From Candidatus Pacearchaeota archaeon (GTDB taxonomy: Archaea > Nanobdellota > Nanobdellia > Pacearchaeales > UBA284), in NCBI GenBank assembly GCA_026016245.1, contig CP061211.1, forward strand, positions 30,001 through 62,000: a stretch of 32,000 nt of DNA, read 5' to 3'. This document shows positions 21,123-28,545 of this stretch, one piece after another (position 1 is the first letter of the stretch; every line of letters starts with the position of its first letter). Position numbers and translations under genes: made by a program. A model generated the notes under the pieces. The model worked only from the letters and a program-made list of their open reading frames with translations. It was not told the origin of the DNA and did no database searches.

Positions 21123-23972
21123 TTATTTTAAGACGCTGAAAGCTATCTTTATCGTCTGTTTTTTAATTTTAGTTTTATATCCATGTTTTTTCTTTTCTTT
21201 TACCTCTTTTCCTAGTGTAAGTTTTGAAGCATTAACCCTCTCCTTAACAAAACTCTCAAATTTTTTGACATATTCTTGAATTTTTTTCTCGCAATCTATT
21301 GTCAAGGAAATTTTTTGTTCCTTTTTCAAGCCAGCTTTTTTTCTTGCTCCCTGAATAAATCTTGTTATTTCTCTGACATAGCCCTCTGCTTCAAGTTCAG
21401 AAGTAATTTTTGTATCCAGAGTTACTTCTAGAATTTTTTTCTCACCTACTTTTTTCTTTATATTTATTTTTTTAATATTAGTTTGTTTTAGAATTACATT
21501 ATTGAATTGCGGATTTAATTTTTGGTTTGTTTCTACTGTCAAATTTGCAAGAGGCCATCTGATACCCCTAGCTTTTTCAGATCTTGCTGCCAAAGTTTTT
21601 TCAATAATTTCCTGAGCTAAAGCAAAATCTTGTTCAAGCTTGCTATTCATTATTTTTTTATTTTCTTTAGGCCAGGAATGAAGATGAATAGATTCTTCCT
21701 TTAGTTTGAATTTTGTTTTTAATTCCTGATATAGAGATTCTGTTATGAATGGGCAGATTGGAGCAAGAAGTTTTAATAGCTCTGTATAAACATAATATAT
21801 CACACTGAGTGTTTTTTCATTTTTTTCACTTATTTTGTCTCTTACAAATTGGATATACCCCCTACTAAAATCATTAAGCCAGAAGTCTATCAGTGTTTTT
21901 GTTGCAGTGTGTGGATGTAAATTATCTAATTCTTGTGTCATTTTTTTTATTATTGTATTTAATCTTGATAAAATCCACTTATCTTCTATGTTTTCTGTTT
22001 TTAATTGCTGTATTTTATTTGATTCTAAAACAAGCCTACTTATGTTCCAGAAAATATTTAATGCGCGACTGGAATCTTTTGTGCTGTTCCAGCCAAACCA
22101 TAATTCTGCTGTAGGATCTTGCGAGCAGAATACAAGCCTTAAAGGATCTGCCCCAAGTTTTTCAAGAGCTTCCTTAGCCCAGATAGCATTTCCCAAAGAT
22201 TTATGCATTTCTTTTCCTTTTTCATCTTTTAATGTTTCATAACCCATTATTGATTTATAAGGAGTTTTTCCAGTCAAGGTCACAGATGCCCAGAATAATG
22301 CATTAAACCATCCACGGTACTGGCCAGGCATATTTTCACAGATAAAGTCTGGGGGGAACCACTTTTCCCACTCTTTCCGGTTTGTTAGATAACCTATTGT
22401 TGAGAAAGGAACTATGCCGGCATCTAACCAAGCGTCACCAACATCAGGAACTCTTTTCATTTCTCTACCACATTTAGGACATTTTAGAATCACATTATCA
22501 ACCCATGGCCTATGTATTTCTTTTAACTGCTTTATTCCTTTTATTGCTTTCTTTTTTAATTCTTCTAAAGACCCTATAACCTCCAAAAAGTTGCATTTTT
22601 CACATTCCCAGAATGGAAGAGGCAAACCATAATATCTTTTTCTAGAGATCAGCCAATCAGACATAGCATCAAACCAGTCTTCCTGCCTTTTCTTTCCATA
22701 TTCAGGGAACCACTTAATTTTTTTATTCTCTTTTTTTAGTTTCTCTCTAATTTCATCAGCTTTGATATACCACTCATCCACAAGTCTAAAAACAAGTTCC
22801 TCTCCACACCTCCAGCAATGAGGATATCTATGAAAATAAGATTCAATCTTGTAGATAAAACCTCTTTTTTCCATATCTTTTAACACGAGTTTGTTTACTT
22901 CTGAATAAGATTTTCCACTAAAAGCTTGCCAGTTTTCTAGATAAACTCCTGCCTGGTCAAGAGGAGAGACTGCAGGAAGATTTTCTTTTTTTCCTAAATC
23001 ATAATCCTCTGCTCCACAGCCAGGAGCAATGTGAACAATGCCCGTGCCTTCTTCTTCTGATGCAAGCCCCCAGGATAGCACAATGAAAGGTGACTTTGCT
23101 TTTTTTTGTTCAGGTAATTCAGAATAAGGCATTTCATATCTCATTCCTACTAATTCTTTTCCTAGTTTTTCTTCTATAATCTTATAATCTTTTTTAAGAA
23201 TATTCTCTACTTGGCTCTTGACTAGCCAGTATTTTTTCCCTTTATATTCTACTTTAGCATACATTAGGTTAGGATTGACTGCAATAGCAACATTTGCAGG
23301 AACTGTCCAGGGAGTTGTTGTGAATATTAAGAAGTATTTATCTTTCTTGCCTTTCACAGGAAATCTCATGAATAATGCTGTATGTTTAACTTCTTTATAG
23401 CCTGCTGTAACAATATCGTGTTTTGAACTTGCTGTACCACACCTAGGGCACCAAGGGACAGCATCCTTACCTTTATACAGCCAACCTTTCTTGTAATATT
23501 CTTTCAGAAGATGCCAATTATGCAGGTTATTTTCATCAGTATTTGTATAGTAAGAATTATCCCAATCCATCCACTGCCCAAGTCTTATAGAATCCTCTGT
23601 CTGGAGTTTAGCAAATTTTCTTGTTCTAGCCTTGCATCTTTCTGCAAATTTTAAAACTCCAAACTTCTCAATATCCTCTTTTCTCTTGAATCCGAGATCT
23701 TTTTCCTCCTCTCTTTCAATCCAAAGCCCTTGGCAATCAAATCCATTTTGGAATCTTTGGTCATAGCCCTGCATTGCCTTGAATCTCTGGAACAAGTCTT
23801 TGTAAGTTCTACCCCAAGCATGATGCACCCCCATCGGATTATTAGCTGTTATAGGGCCATCTAGAAAAGAAAATCTTTTATTACCTTTATTTTTCTGTCT
23901 AAGTTTTTCAAATATCTTCTTCTCTTTCCAAAACTTCAATATTTGTGGTTCTGTGGATATAGGATTGTACAT
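21123..23972 (-). CDS. ileS: Isoleucine--tRNA ligase
   Basis: FLDGPITANNPMGVHHAWGRTYKD (HIGH region). WCPRCGTA. Editing-domain motif GTGIVHIAPGCGAEDYDLG. DWLISRKRYYGLPLPFW. ENMPGQYRGWFNALFW. KEMHKSLGNAI (KMSKS region). Zn knuckles CWRCGEE and CPKCGRE. A TATA-like TTTAAAAG (complement of 23994-24001) begins 29 nt upstream of the ATG. Confidence 0.88.
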   Translation of the reverse strand: MYNPISTEPQILKFWKEKKIFEKLRQKNKGNKRFSFLDGPITANNPMGVHHAWGRTYKDLFQRFKAMQGYDQRFQNGFDCQGLWIEREEEKDLGFKRKEDIEKFGVLKFAERCKARTRKFAKLQTEDSIRLGQWMDWDNSYYTNTDENNLHNWHLLKEYYKKGWLYKGKDAVPWCPRCGTASSKHDIVTAGYKEVKHTALFMRFPVKGKKDKYFLIFTTTPWTVPANVAIAVNPNLMYAKVEYKGKKYWLVKSQVENILKKDYKIIEEKLGKELVGMRYEMPYSELPEQKKAKSPFIVLSWGLASEEEGTGIVHIAPGCGAEDYDLGKKENLPAVSPLDQAGVYLENWQAFSGKSYSEVNKLVLKDMEKRGFIYKIESYFHRYPHCWRCGEELVFRLVDEWYIKADEIREKLKKENKKIKWFPEYGKKRQEDWFDAMSDWLISRKRYYGLPLPFWECEKCNFLEVIGSLEELKKKAIKGIKQLKEIHRPWVDNVILKCPKCGREMKRVPDVGDAWLDAGIVPFSTIGYLTNRKEWEKWFPPDFICENMPGQYRGWFNALFWASVTLTGKTPYKSIMGYETLKDEKGKEMHKSLGNAIWAKEALEKLGADPLRLVFCSQDPTAELWFGWNSTKDSSRALNIFWNISRLVLESNKIQQLKTENIEDKWILSRLNTIIKKMTQELDNLHPHTATKTLIDFWLNDFSRGYIQFVRDKISEKNEKTLSVIYYVYTELLKLLAPICPFITESLYQELKTKFKLKEESIHLHSWPKENKKIMNSKLEQDFALAQEIIEKTLAARSEKARGIRWPLANLTVETNQKLNPQFNNVILKQTNIKKINIKKKVGEKKILEVTLDTKITSELEAEGYVREITRFIQGARKKAGLKKEQKISLTIDCEKKIQEYVKKFESFVKERVNASKLTLGKEVKEKKKHGYKTKIKKQTIKIAFSVLK

Positions 23973-23993
23973 AATAATTCCATGGTTAAATAT

Positions 23994-24001
23994 CTTTTAA
24001 A
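23994..24001 (-). promoter_or_regulatory. TATA-like box (TTTAAAAG on the minus strand) for ileS
   Basis: It starts 29 nt upstream of the ileS ATG (23972), and no SD is present. Confidence 0.4.
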
Positions 24002-24042
24002 CTTTTTTGTTAATAAAAAGAAAAAGAGAATATAAACATTAT

Positions 24043-24300
24043 TTACATCAATTCCTCATCCTCTTCTTGGCCCCAGTCATCAAATTCTTCTTGCTCTTCC
24101 CCTACTTCATTACCAAATATACTTTCTTCTTTTTTAGCCCAAGGCTTATCTGTTTCTTCAGATTCTTCAAGACTATCTTTTTTTTCCTTAAACCCTTTCT
24201 TTTCAACTTTAGCTACTTTTATTTTTCTCTTACTTGCTTTTGCTTTCTTTATCTTTGTTTTTCTTGCCTTTCTTGCTCTTGTTTTTTTCTTTCTTGGCAT
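24043..24300 (-). CDS. Small (85 aa) charge-bipolar protein: poly-basic N-half, acidic Trp-containing C-half
   Basis: MPRKKKTRARKARKTKIKKAKASKRKIKVAKVEKK ... EESEETDKPWAKKEESIFGNEVGEEQEEFDDWGQEEDEELM. GAGGT-AAG-ATG SD (complement of 24304-24308) and TTTATAAA at 24344-24351 support the minus-strand reading over the F-rich plus-strand mirror ORF. Confidence 0.6.
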   Translation of the reverse strand: MPRKKKTRARKARKTKIKKAKASKRKIKVAKVEKKGFKEKKDSLEESEETDKPWAKKEESIFGNEVGEEQEEFDDWGQEEDEELM

Positions 24301-24343
24301 CTTACCTCTAAGAATTTAACTTAAAAAATAGTGAGAAAAGGTA

Positions 24344-24351
24344 TTTATAAA
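24344..24351 (-). promoter_or_regulatory. TATA box (TTTATAAA) for the 85-aa charge-bipolar protein gene
   Basis: It starts 51 nt upstream of ATG 24300. The leader would carry GAGGT-AAG-ATG. Confidence 0.45.
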
Positions 24352-24436
24352 TTTTACTATGGCTAATTTAATCATTATGAAAAGAAAAAAATAAATAAGT
24401 AAAAATAAATAAAATAAAAATTCAAATTAATTTCCC

Positions 24437-24931
24437 TTAACTTTTAGTGTTAAAAATTTCAGTTGGTGTTAGTAATGAGATCGCTGCTTTATCACTAACA
24501 ATTTCCACTTTAATGATCTTATCTGGATTCTTTAGATCAACTTTCTGTTTGTCCACTACCTCTGTTAACTTGATGATTATGTCTTTAGGATATTTCTGAG
24601 TCACTTTTCTTTTTGCTAGATCCATCTTCCATTTCTCTTCTGGTTTTATTCCTTCTTGTATTTTCTTTATACAATTCTGTATGTCTTCTAGAGATGAACC
24701 GCACCACTCATCAACAGGCCACCAGTAAAAAGTGTATTTGAATTTTGCTTTGTCAATGTTTGACAATGCCTTTATTACTTCTCTAGGATTGTCTGCTTCA
24801 AGCTCTGCTAATCCATCCTCTACTTTTTCTATTTTTAATCCCTTATCTACCTCTTTTGCAATTGCCTCTATTTCTGCTTTTACAGATTCTTCATGTACAG
24901 GATCAAAAGTAACCAATAAATTTGACTCCAT
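24437..24931 (-). CDS. Probable THUMP-domain RNA-binding protein (small archaeal COG1818-like)
   Basis: The N-terminus MESNLLVTFDPVHEESVKAEIEAI and C-terminus KIIKVEIVSDKAAISLLTPTEIF resemble short archaeal THUMP proteins (NLLVT...E..a..Ei ... veI.g..agIs.l). Strong SD GGAGGTG (complement of 24935-24941). Family call is from memory only. Confidence 0.5.
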   Translation of the reverse strand: MESNLLVTFDPVHEESVKAEIEAIAKEVDKGLKIEKVEDGLAELEADNPREVIKALSNIDKAKFKYTFYWWPVDEWCGSSLEDIQNCIKKIQEGIKPEEKWKMDLAKRKVTQKYPKDIIIKLTEVVDKQKVDLKNPDKIIKVEIVSDKAAISLLTPTEIFNTKS

Positions 24932-25030
24932 TTACACCTCCTATTCAGAAAAATAGAGAATGCTATAAATAACTTTCTGTGAGCAAAAGAGGAAATCGTT
25001 GTCACTTAAAAGTAGATAGTGAACGAAAAC

Positions 25031-25038
25031 TTTATAAA
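25031..25038 (+). promoter_or_regulatory. TATA box (TTTATAAA, preceded by GAAAAC BRE-like purines) for the beta-barrel-like gene
   Basis: It starts 29 nt upstream of ATG 25060, and no SD is present. Confidence 0.5.
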
Positions 25039-25059
25039 TACAAAAAGCATTGGAAAAAT

Positions 25060-26349
25060 ATGACATTGGGACTTATACCTCTTATCTTACTTGCTGGTGG
25101 AAATGAACCAGAAGCAACAATTCCTGATACATGTTATGTTTGGGAAGATATAACAAAAAAAGGAACTGTTGTGTGGGTAAAAGGATTCTATGGTTATGCT
25201 TTAGGCGAGAATCGTAAAGAATCTCTTGAAGAGGATTACCCAAGATGGATCAATCCTTTCTTATTAACACATGGATATCCTGCTTTAGATGTAACTTATG
25301 ATCTTATCATAGATTCTGAAAAAGCCATCAAATCAGAACACGATTATCAAAATGGTGTGAAATCCTACACCTTTCCTATGTGTCATGATGCTTTCATAAG
25401 AAGAGTAGTTGAGCCAGTAGAGCAAAAACTCATAGAAGAACCAAAAAAACCAAAAATAAAACAAGATACTACATTTTTGCCACCAGTAGTATTACAAGAC
25501 ACTACTAAAGGACCAGATATTGTTATACAAGACACTATACCAGGACAACCGATTATTGTACAAGATACTATAATATTAGAACCAGAAATATTGTCACTTC
25601 CTGAAGGCCCAAAAGGATTATTCGCGATGGATAAAAATTTTGGAAGTATTGGTGTTTTTTACAGAGATGACAGAGAAAGAGATGAAAAATATTTGGCCAT
25701 GAATCCAAAACTAAATTTCTTTATCCCTCTAGACAAGAATAAAGCAGATATAGGATTAGGAGCTTATGTTTTAAATAATGAGAAGGGTGATGAGAATTTT
25801 ATAGGTAAAGGTCGTGCTGGTATCCACACATCTTATGCAGGTGGTGGTGTTGAGATTTCAAGTGATATTGATGGAAGAGTTGATGTAGGACCTTATGCAG
25901 TTGTTGGAATTCCTCTACAATATGTAACTATTGGTGCAAAAGGAGAAGTAGGTATTAATGCTAATGAAAATATAAAGATGAGGCCTTCACTTGAAGGTTT
26001 TATTTTTTACAGAGCTCCTAGAGATAATTTCAGATTCAAATTGAGTGCGAGAAATGGTGTGGATCTTCTTAAAGGACATTATGTTAACAAAGCTAATCTT
26101 GATTTTATGATAGGCTCTTTACTTTTTGGTTTAGAAGGAAAAACAAACAAGGGAGCAGAGATATGGCCTCATGAAGAAGTGGGAAATGTTATAAAGAGTA
26201 TTGAAGGAAAAGCCTATATTGGCGGAAGATGGAAATTAGACAAAAATACTGGTCTTTATCTAAAAGGCCATGTTTCAGGAAAACATGATAGAGATAGAAC
26301 ATTGAAGGCAGTTGAAGGTGGAATTGAATTAGGTTTAGATTTCTATTAA
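25060..26349 (+). CDS. Protein with an unknown N-terminal domain, four 11-aa QDT linker repeats and a C-terminal ~235-aa outer-membrane beta-barrel-like domain
   Basis: ATG 25060 is preferred over GTG 24979: TTTATAAA at 25031-25038 begins 29 nt upstream, matching the other leaderless genes. The C-terminal region is a series of amphipathic strands separated by short G/D/N/K turns (FRFKLSARNG, SIEGKAYIGGRWKLDKNTGLYLKGHVSGKHD, AVEGGIELGLDFY), ending in an aromatic residue. Confidence 0.7.
   Translation: MTLGLIPLILLAGGNEPEATIPDTCYVWEDITKKGTVVWVKGFYGYALGENRKESLEEDYPRWINPFLLTHGYPALDVTYDLIIDSEKAIKSEHDYQNGVKSYTFPMCHDAFIRRVVEPVEQKLIEEPKKPKIKQDTTFLPPVVLQDTTKGPDIVIQDTIPGQPIIVQDTIILEPEILSLPEGPKGLFAMDKNFGSIGVFYRDDRERDEKYLAMNPKLNFFIPLDKNKADIGLGAYVLNNEKGDENFIGKGRAGIHTSYAGGGVEISSDIDGRVDVGPYAVVGIPLQYVTIGAKGEVGINANENIKMRPSLEGFIFYRAPRDNFRFKLSARNGVDLLKGHYVNKANLDFMIGSLLFGLEGKTNKGAEIWPHEEVGNVIKSIEGKAYIGGRWKLDKNTGLYLKGHVSGKHDRDRTLKAVEGGIELGLDFY
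25462..25593 (+). repeat. Four exact-period 33-nt (11-aa) tandem repeats QDT-x8
   Basis: CAAGA(T/C)ACT starts at 25462, 25495, 25528 and 25561, exactly 33 nt apart. Units: QDTTFLPPVVL / QDTTKGPDIVI / QDTIPGQPIIV / QDTIILEPEIL. Confidence 0.9.
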
Positions 26350-26369
26350 GATTTAGATTAAATTTAAAA

Positions 26370-26375
26370 TTTTTT
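26370..26375 (+). terminator. Oligo-T tract after the beta-barrel-like gene
   Basis: A T6 run lies about 20 nt after the stop at 26349. Confidence 0.3.
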
Positions 26376-26492
26376 AGAATTATTTAGCAGCCATTCTTCT
26401 CTGCTTTCTCTTTCTCTTTTCCCTCTTCATACGTTTTCTCTGCCATTTCCATCTCATCTGTTTCTTTTTTTTCCATCTTCTGCTTGATCTCT

Positions 26493-26762
26493 TCATTTTC
26501 TGAAAGCTTTCTTGAATTCTCTTGCTAATTCAGAATTAATTTTCTGAATCTTGGCAATTGTGTCAGCAAGAATTTTTTTTGAATCTTTTCCAGATGTTTT
26601 TAAAACTAATCGGGGATTTTTAGTTGGGTGTTTTCTACTCCAGGCAGCAACTTCTGTGGCTTTATCTTTCCATAACATACTCCTAAGAAGTTCAGCCATT
26701 GTAAGATTATCTAATTCAATTTCAAGCTCATTCTTTTTGTATTTTATTAACTTGACTTCCAT
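26493..26762 (-). CDS. rpoL: DNA-directed RNA polymerase subunit L (Rpo11)
   Basis: MEVKLIKYKKNELEIELDNLTMAELLRSMLWKDKATEVAAWSRKHPTKNPRLVLKTSGKDSKKILADTIAKI follows the RpoL pattern (..l.ie..ed.Tl.n.LR..L..d..V.fA.y...HP....p.l.ikT.g..p...l..a...). ATG 26762 is preferred; the ORF-track start at 26780 is TTG. Confidence 0.7.
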   Translation of the reverse strand: MEVKLIKYKKNELEIELDNLTMAELLRSMLWKDKATEVAAWSRKHPTKNPRLVLKTSGKDSKKILADTIAKIQKINSELAREFKKAFRK

Positions 26763-26790
26763 CTTTATTATAAAACTCAAGAAATCCTAT

Positions 26791-27426
26791 TTAAATTTTT
26801 TCCTCTTCCCGTATCTCCTTCATTACCTCTTCCCCCACTTCTTCTTTCTCTTCTGCTGGCTTTTCCTCTACTTTCTCTATTTCTTTATCTGTTCTTTTCA
26901 TCCTTTCTAGCAAATCACGAATTCTCGTATGTTTTGTTGTTTCTATATTAAAGTCTATGGTTTCTTCTTTTTTTTCTGCTGGCTCTCCTTTCTCTTCTTT
27001 TTCAAGGTGCTTTATAAATTCTTTTTCATCCAGAACTTTTTCTTTCTCTTTCTTTTCTTCTACCTCAGTTTCTGCCTTTTCTTTTTCTTCTTTCTCTTTA
27101 AGCAATCTTCTTCTTTCTTTCACTTTTTCATATCTCTTTCTAAGATCTTCAAGAGTTACTTTTGATGACGGTTTTTCTAATGGTTTTGGTTTAAATCCAG
27201 ACATTTCTTCTAAAATTTCATGCACAGAACGTCTTGGAATATCTTCTTCCCTAACATCAAGTGGTTTTTTTATTAATATTACAGGATTTGCTATGACACA
27301 TCTCTGACAGATTTTTTTAAGTTTGCCATCTATAACAGCACTAACAAGAACACCCCTATAGCCACATTCCTCACATTCCTCTTCCTTATTAATGTTCATA
27401 GATTTTATGGACTCAAACATAAACAC
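26791..27426 (-). CDS. Zn-ribbon protein with a long Glu/Lys-rich tail (N-terminus resembles the archaeal MBF1 zinc ribbon)
   Basis: CEECGYRGVLVSAVIDGKLKKICQRC has two CxxC pairs 18 aa apart flanking a V-I-D-G strand, like the aMBF1 N-terminal ribbon. No cro/C1-type HTH follows. Instead there is a ~115-aa E/K low-complexity tail (EKEEKEKAETEVEEKKEKEK...). Confidence 0.6.
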   Translation of the reverse strand: MFMFESIKSMNINKEEECEECGYRGVLVSAVIDGKLKKICQRCVIANPVILIKKPLDVREEDIPRRSVHEILEEMSGFKPKPLEKPSSKVTLEDLRKRYEKVKERRRLLKEKEEKEKAETEVEEKKEKEKVLDEKEFIKHLEKEEKGEPAEKKEETIDFNIETTKHTRIRDLLERMKRTDKEIEKVEEKPAEEKEEVGEEVMKEIREEEKI

Positions 27427-27483
27427 AATAATATTTTTAACTTTTAATATCTTACGGTTTTTTATTATAGAGTTACAATTATT

Positions 27484-28545
27484 ATGTTATCCATAATATT
27501 ACCAACAAAAAATGAAGCAACAAATATTAGGAATCTTTTTAATAGAATTTCTAGAATAAAGAAAAAGATTGGAGATTTTGAGATAATCCTTGTTGATAGT
27601 GATAGCAAGGATAACACTATCAAAGTAGCTAAAAATTTTAGTAGAGTTTATAAATTAAAAGTTCAAGTTTTTAATTCTGGTAAGAAGGATTTGAGTAATT
27701 CAGTTCTTGTTGGTTTAAAAAAAGCTAAAGGCAGTATTGTTTGTATAATGGATTCTGATTTGCAGCATCCTCCAGAGATGATCCCTTTAATGATAAAGAC
27801 CTTGAATAGAGAGAATGCTGATATCATAATTGCTTCAAGATTTGTTAAAGGTTCTAAACTTAGATTTGGACCCTGGAGAATCTTTGTTTCAAAGGTTTAT
27901 TGTTTACTTGCACATTTATTTATTCCTAAATCTTTGTATATCAAGGATCCTGCAACTGGCTTCTTTGTTTTCAGAAAAAAAATTCTGAAGAAAGCAAGAT
28001 TAAGGCCTCTGGGTTTCAAAATTCTTCTAGAGATTCTGGCAAGAGCAAAATATGATAAAGTTATTGAGGTTCCTTTTTCATTTAAAGAAAGGAGAGAGGG
28101 AAAGAGCAAATTTAATTTCAAGCAGACTTTTATGGCTTTCAGGCATTTGCTTAGACTTGCCAAAAGTGGAAGAGAACATTATCGTTTCTTGAAATTCTGT
28201 GCTGTTGGAGCTAGTGGAATTGTAGTGAATGAAGGCCTGCTTTGGCTTTTGACAGAGTTCGCTGGCCTATTTTATCTTATATCTGGGGCTATTGCTATTG
28301 AATCTTCTATCTTATCTAATTTTATTTTGAATGATTTATGGACTTTTAGAAAAGAGAGAAAAGGAAAATACTTGAAAAGGCTCTTGAGGTTTAATGTAGC
28401 TAGAATTTTTGCATTGGGTATTAATTTTTCAGTCTTATTGGCTCTAACTTCTTTAGGTGTGCACTATCTTATCTCTAATCTTTTTGGTATTGTTCTGGCT
28501 ACCATGTTTACCTATCTCAGCAGTTTATGGTGGGTTTGGAAATGA
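27484..28545 (+). CDS. GT2 polyprenol-phosphate glycosyltransferase (Dpm1/ArnC-like) fused to a C-terminal GtrA-like membrane domain
   Basis: LSIILPTKNEATNI, ILVDSDSKDNT and IMDSDLQHPPEMIPLM (DxD region) are GT2 dolichol/undecaprenol-phosphate sugar synthase motifs. C-terminal RFLKFCAVGASGIVVNEGLLWLLTE plus three further TM segments form a GtrA-like domain. Confidence 0.85.
   Translation: MLSIILPTKNEATNIRNLFNRISRIKKKIGDFEIILVDSDSKDNTIKVAKNFSRVYKLKVQVFNSGKKDLSNSVLVGLKKAKGSIVCIMDSDLQHPPEMIPLMIKTLNRENADIIIASRFVKGSKLRFGPWRIFVSKVYCLLAHLFIPKSLYIKDPATGFFVFRKKILKKARLRPLGFKILLEILARAKYDKVIEVPFSFKERREGKSKFNFKQTFMAFRHLLRLAKSGREHYRFLKFCAVGASGIVVNEGLLWLLTEFAGLFYLISGAIAIESSILSNFILNDLWTFRKERKGKYLKRLLRFNVARIFALGINFSVLLALTSLGVHYLISNLFGIVLATMFTYLSSLWWVWK

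Noticed and set aside
24007-24324. 105-aa plus-strand F/L-rich ORF opposite the 85-aa K/E-rich gene
   Set aside because: The minus-strand reading has a GAGGT-AAG-ATG SD and a TTTATAAA box at the expected distance. The plus-strand ORF has neither and is a poly-Phe mirror of poly-Lys codons.
26384-26476. 30-aa minus-strand ORF (MEKKETDEMEMAEKTYEEGKEKEKAEKNGC) in the 143-bp gap between the barrel-like gene and rpoL
   Set aside because: It has no convincing SD or TATA of its own, is very short and is compositionally trivial. Its only support is that no oligo-T terminator for rpoL precedes it. It is not reported as a feature.
530-26780. ORF-track alternative starts: GTG 530, GTG 7475, GTG 24979, TTG 26780
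   Set aside because: At 530 the frame is open to the window edge and encodes Big_2 domains upstream. At 7475, 24979 and 26780, downstream ATGs (7502, 25060, 26762) fit the SD or TATA spacing rules seen elsewhere in the window.
26551-27307. Three plus-strand ORFs (26551-26910, 26929-27165, 26957-27307) opposite rpoL and the Zn-ribbon E/K-rich gene
   Set aside because: They are F/S/L-rich mirror products of GAA/AAG-rich coding sequence. The minus strand carries the RpoL pattern and a CxxC...CxxC ribbon.
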